A stretch of DNA of 63,382 bases, the filler included, from Rhabdomonas costata (lineage: Eukaryota): NCBI GenBank assembly GCA_019059605.1. It is 44 parts of 44 records of this genome, joined end to end, with 100 filler letters (N's around TTAATTAATTAA, not from the genome) between each part and the next. Parts side by side here need not be neighbours in the genome. Positions count along the whole stretch, not along the records: positions 62,041 to 63,382 come from JAHMHO010018799.1; 43 more parts are not named here. One strand, 5' to 3'. Below the pieces are notes generated by a model. That model had not been told where the DNA came from, made no database searches, and saw only the letters and a program-made list of their open reading frames with translations. The stretch's first letter is position 1; each line of letters opens with the position of its first letter. Shown here piece after piece: positions 62,823-63,382 of the stretch. Both the position numbers and the translations under genes were made by a program.

Positions 62823-63382
62823 CTTTTGGGTGCAGGGGACCCCACCCCATTGCAACGGCACCCGAACGCTGGACCGACCCCTGGTACTCACCCCAAAGCA
62901 CCAAACCCTGCGGCATTTCTCCCAAAAGAGAATGTGGGCGGGGGCGCGCAGCACAATGTACACGAAAGTCTCAAATCAACAGCATTTTATTTCAGCAGAA
63001 TGATGAACAGCAATGTTGTTCACGTTATACAGTCAAGCAGTAGCACAGAGCCACCCTTCAGTTATTTCTCTCATCGGAAATGATATGGCCGCACTAAAAA
63101 AGAGGATTTTTGAGACCCAATCAGGAAGCGTGTGAACCAACTATGCACCGAAGCAAAGTGGGCAGATGCCGCATTTCAGTAAAAAAAAATTTTTCCGTTT
63201 TTCTCTCTTGCTATTGAGTCCGAAAAGGTCGCTTTAGGGCGAAATTTCTCAGTTTTAAAGTGAAGCGGACTACCATTCGGCTAATTGTATGGCCCTGCAA
63301 AAGGTCCGAACAGTTTCCTTCCCAGCTCAGGAAAGGGTCAAAAAGCACAGAACGCATTATGTCATTGGGGCACCAACTTGTG

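Noticed and set aside
1-63382. A multi-gene system or operon formed by neighbouring genes (e.g. sensor, kinase and viral genes)
   Set aside because: Contigs are ordered by length, not genome position, so adjacency across linkers carries no information.

Overview
This window is not contiguous DNA. It is a pseudo-scaffold of 44 unrelated contigs of about 1.34 kb each, joined by 43 artificial N44-TTAATTAATTAA-N44 linkers, so gene neighbourhoods across linkers mean nothing. G/T-only contig ends and terminal fold-backs point to whole-genome amplification, probably of a single cell. Most contigs come from an intron-rich protist with GC-rich exons and GT-AG introns, probably euglenozoan or euglenid (inference). 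Recognisable exons encode MLH1, LSm3, ABCF3, mitochondrial intermediate peptidase, a SANBR/KIAA1841 homologue, a divergent eIF4E, an IRE1/RNase L-like kinase-KEN junction, PH, LRR, claudin-like, O-methyltransferase and CAMK-type kinase domains, a globin-PAS fusion and tandem PstS-like domains. Decayed Ty3/gypsy pieces are also present. Two very AT-rich, intron-less contigs (40400-41742, 43288-44630) look like a Mimiviridae/Klosneuvirinae-type giant virus: an MC1-domain gene divergent from a probable Lon N-terminus, and F-box/LRR genes with an AAAATTGA early promoter. Two further contigs (18759-20101, 31742-33084) have a third, homopolymer-poor composition, and one carries a strand-specific array of GNA mini-hairpins. 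All family assignments are from recalled motifs, not database searches.
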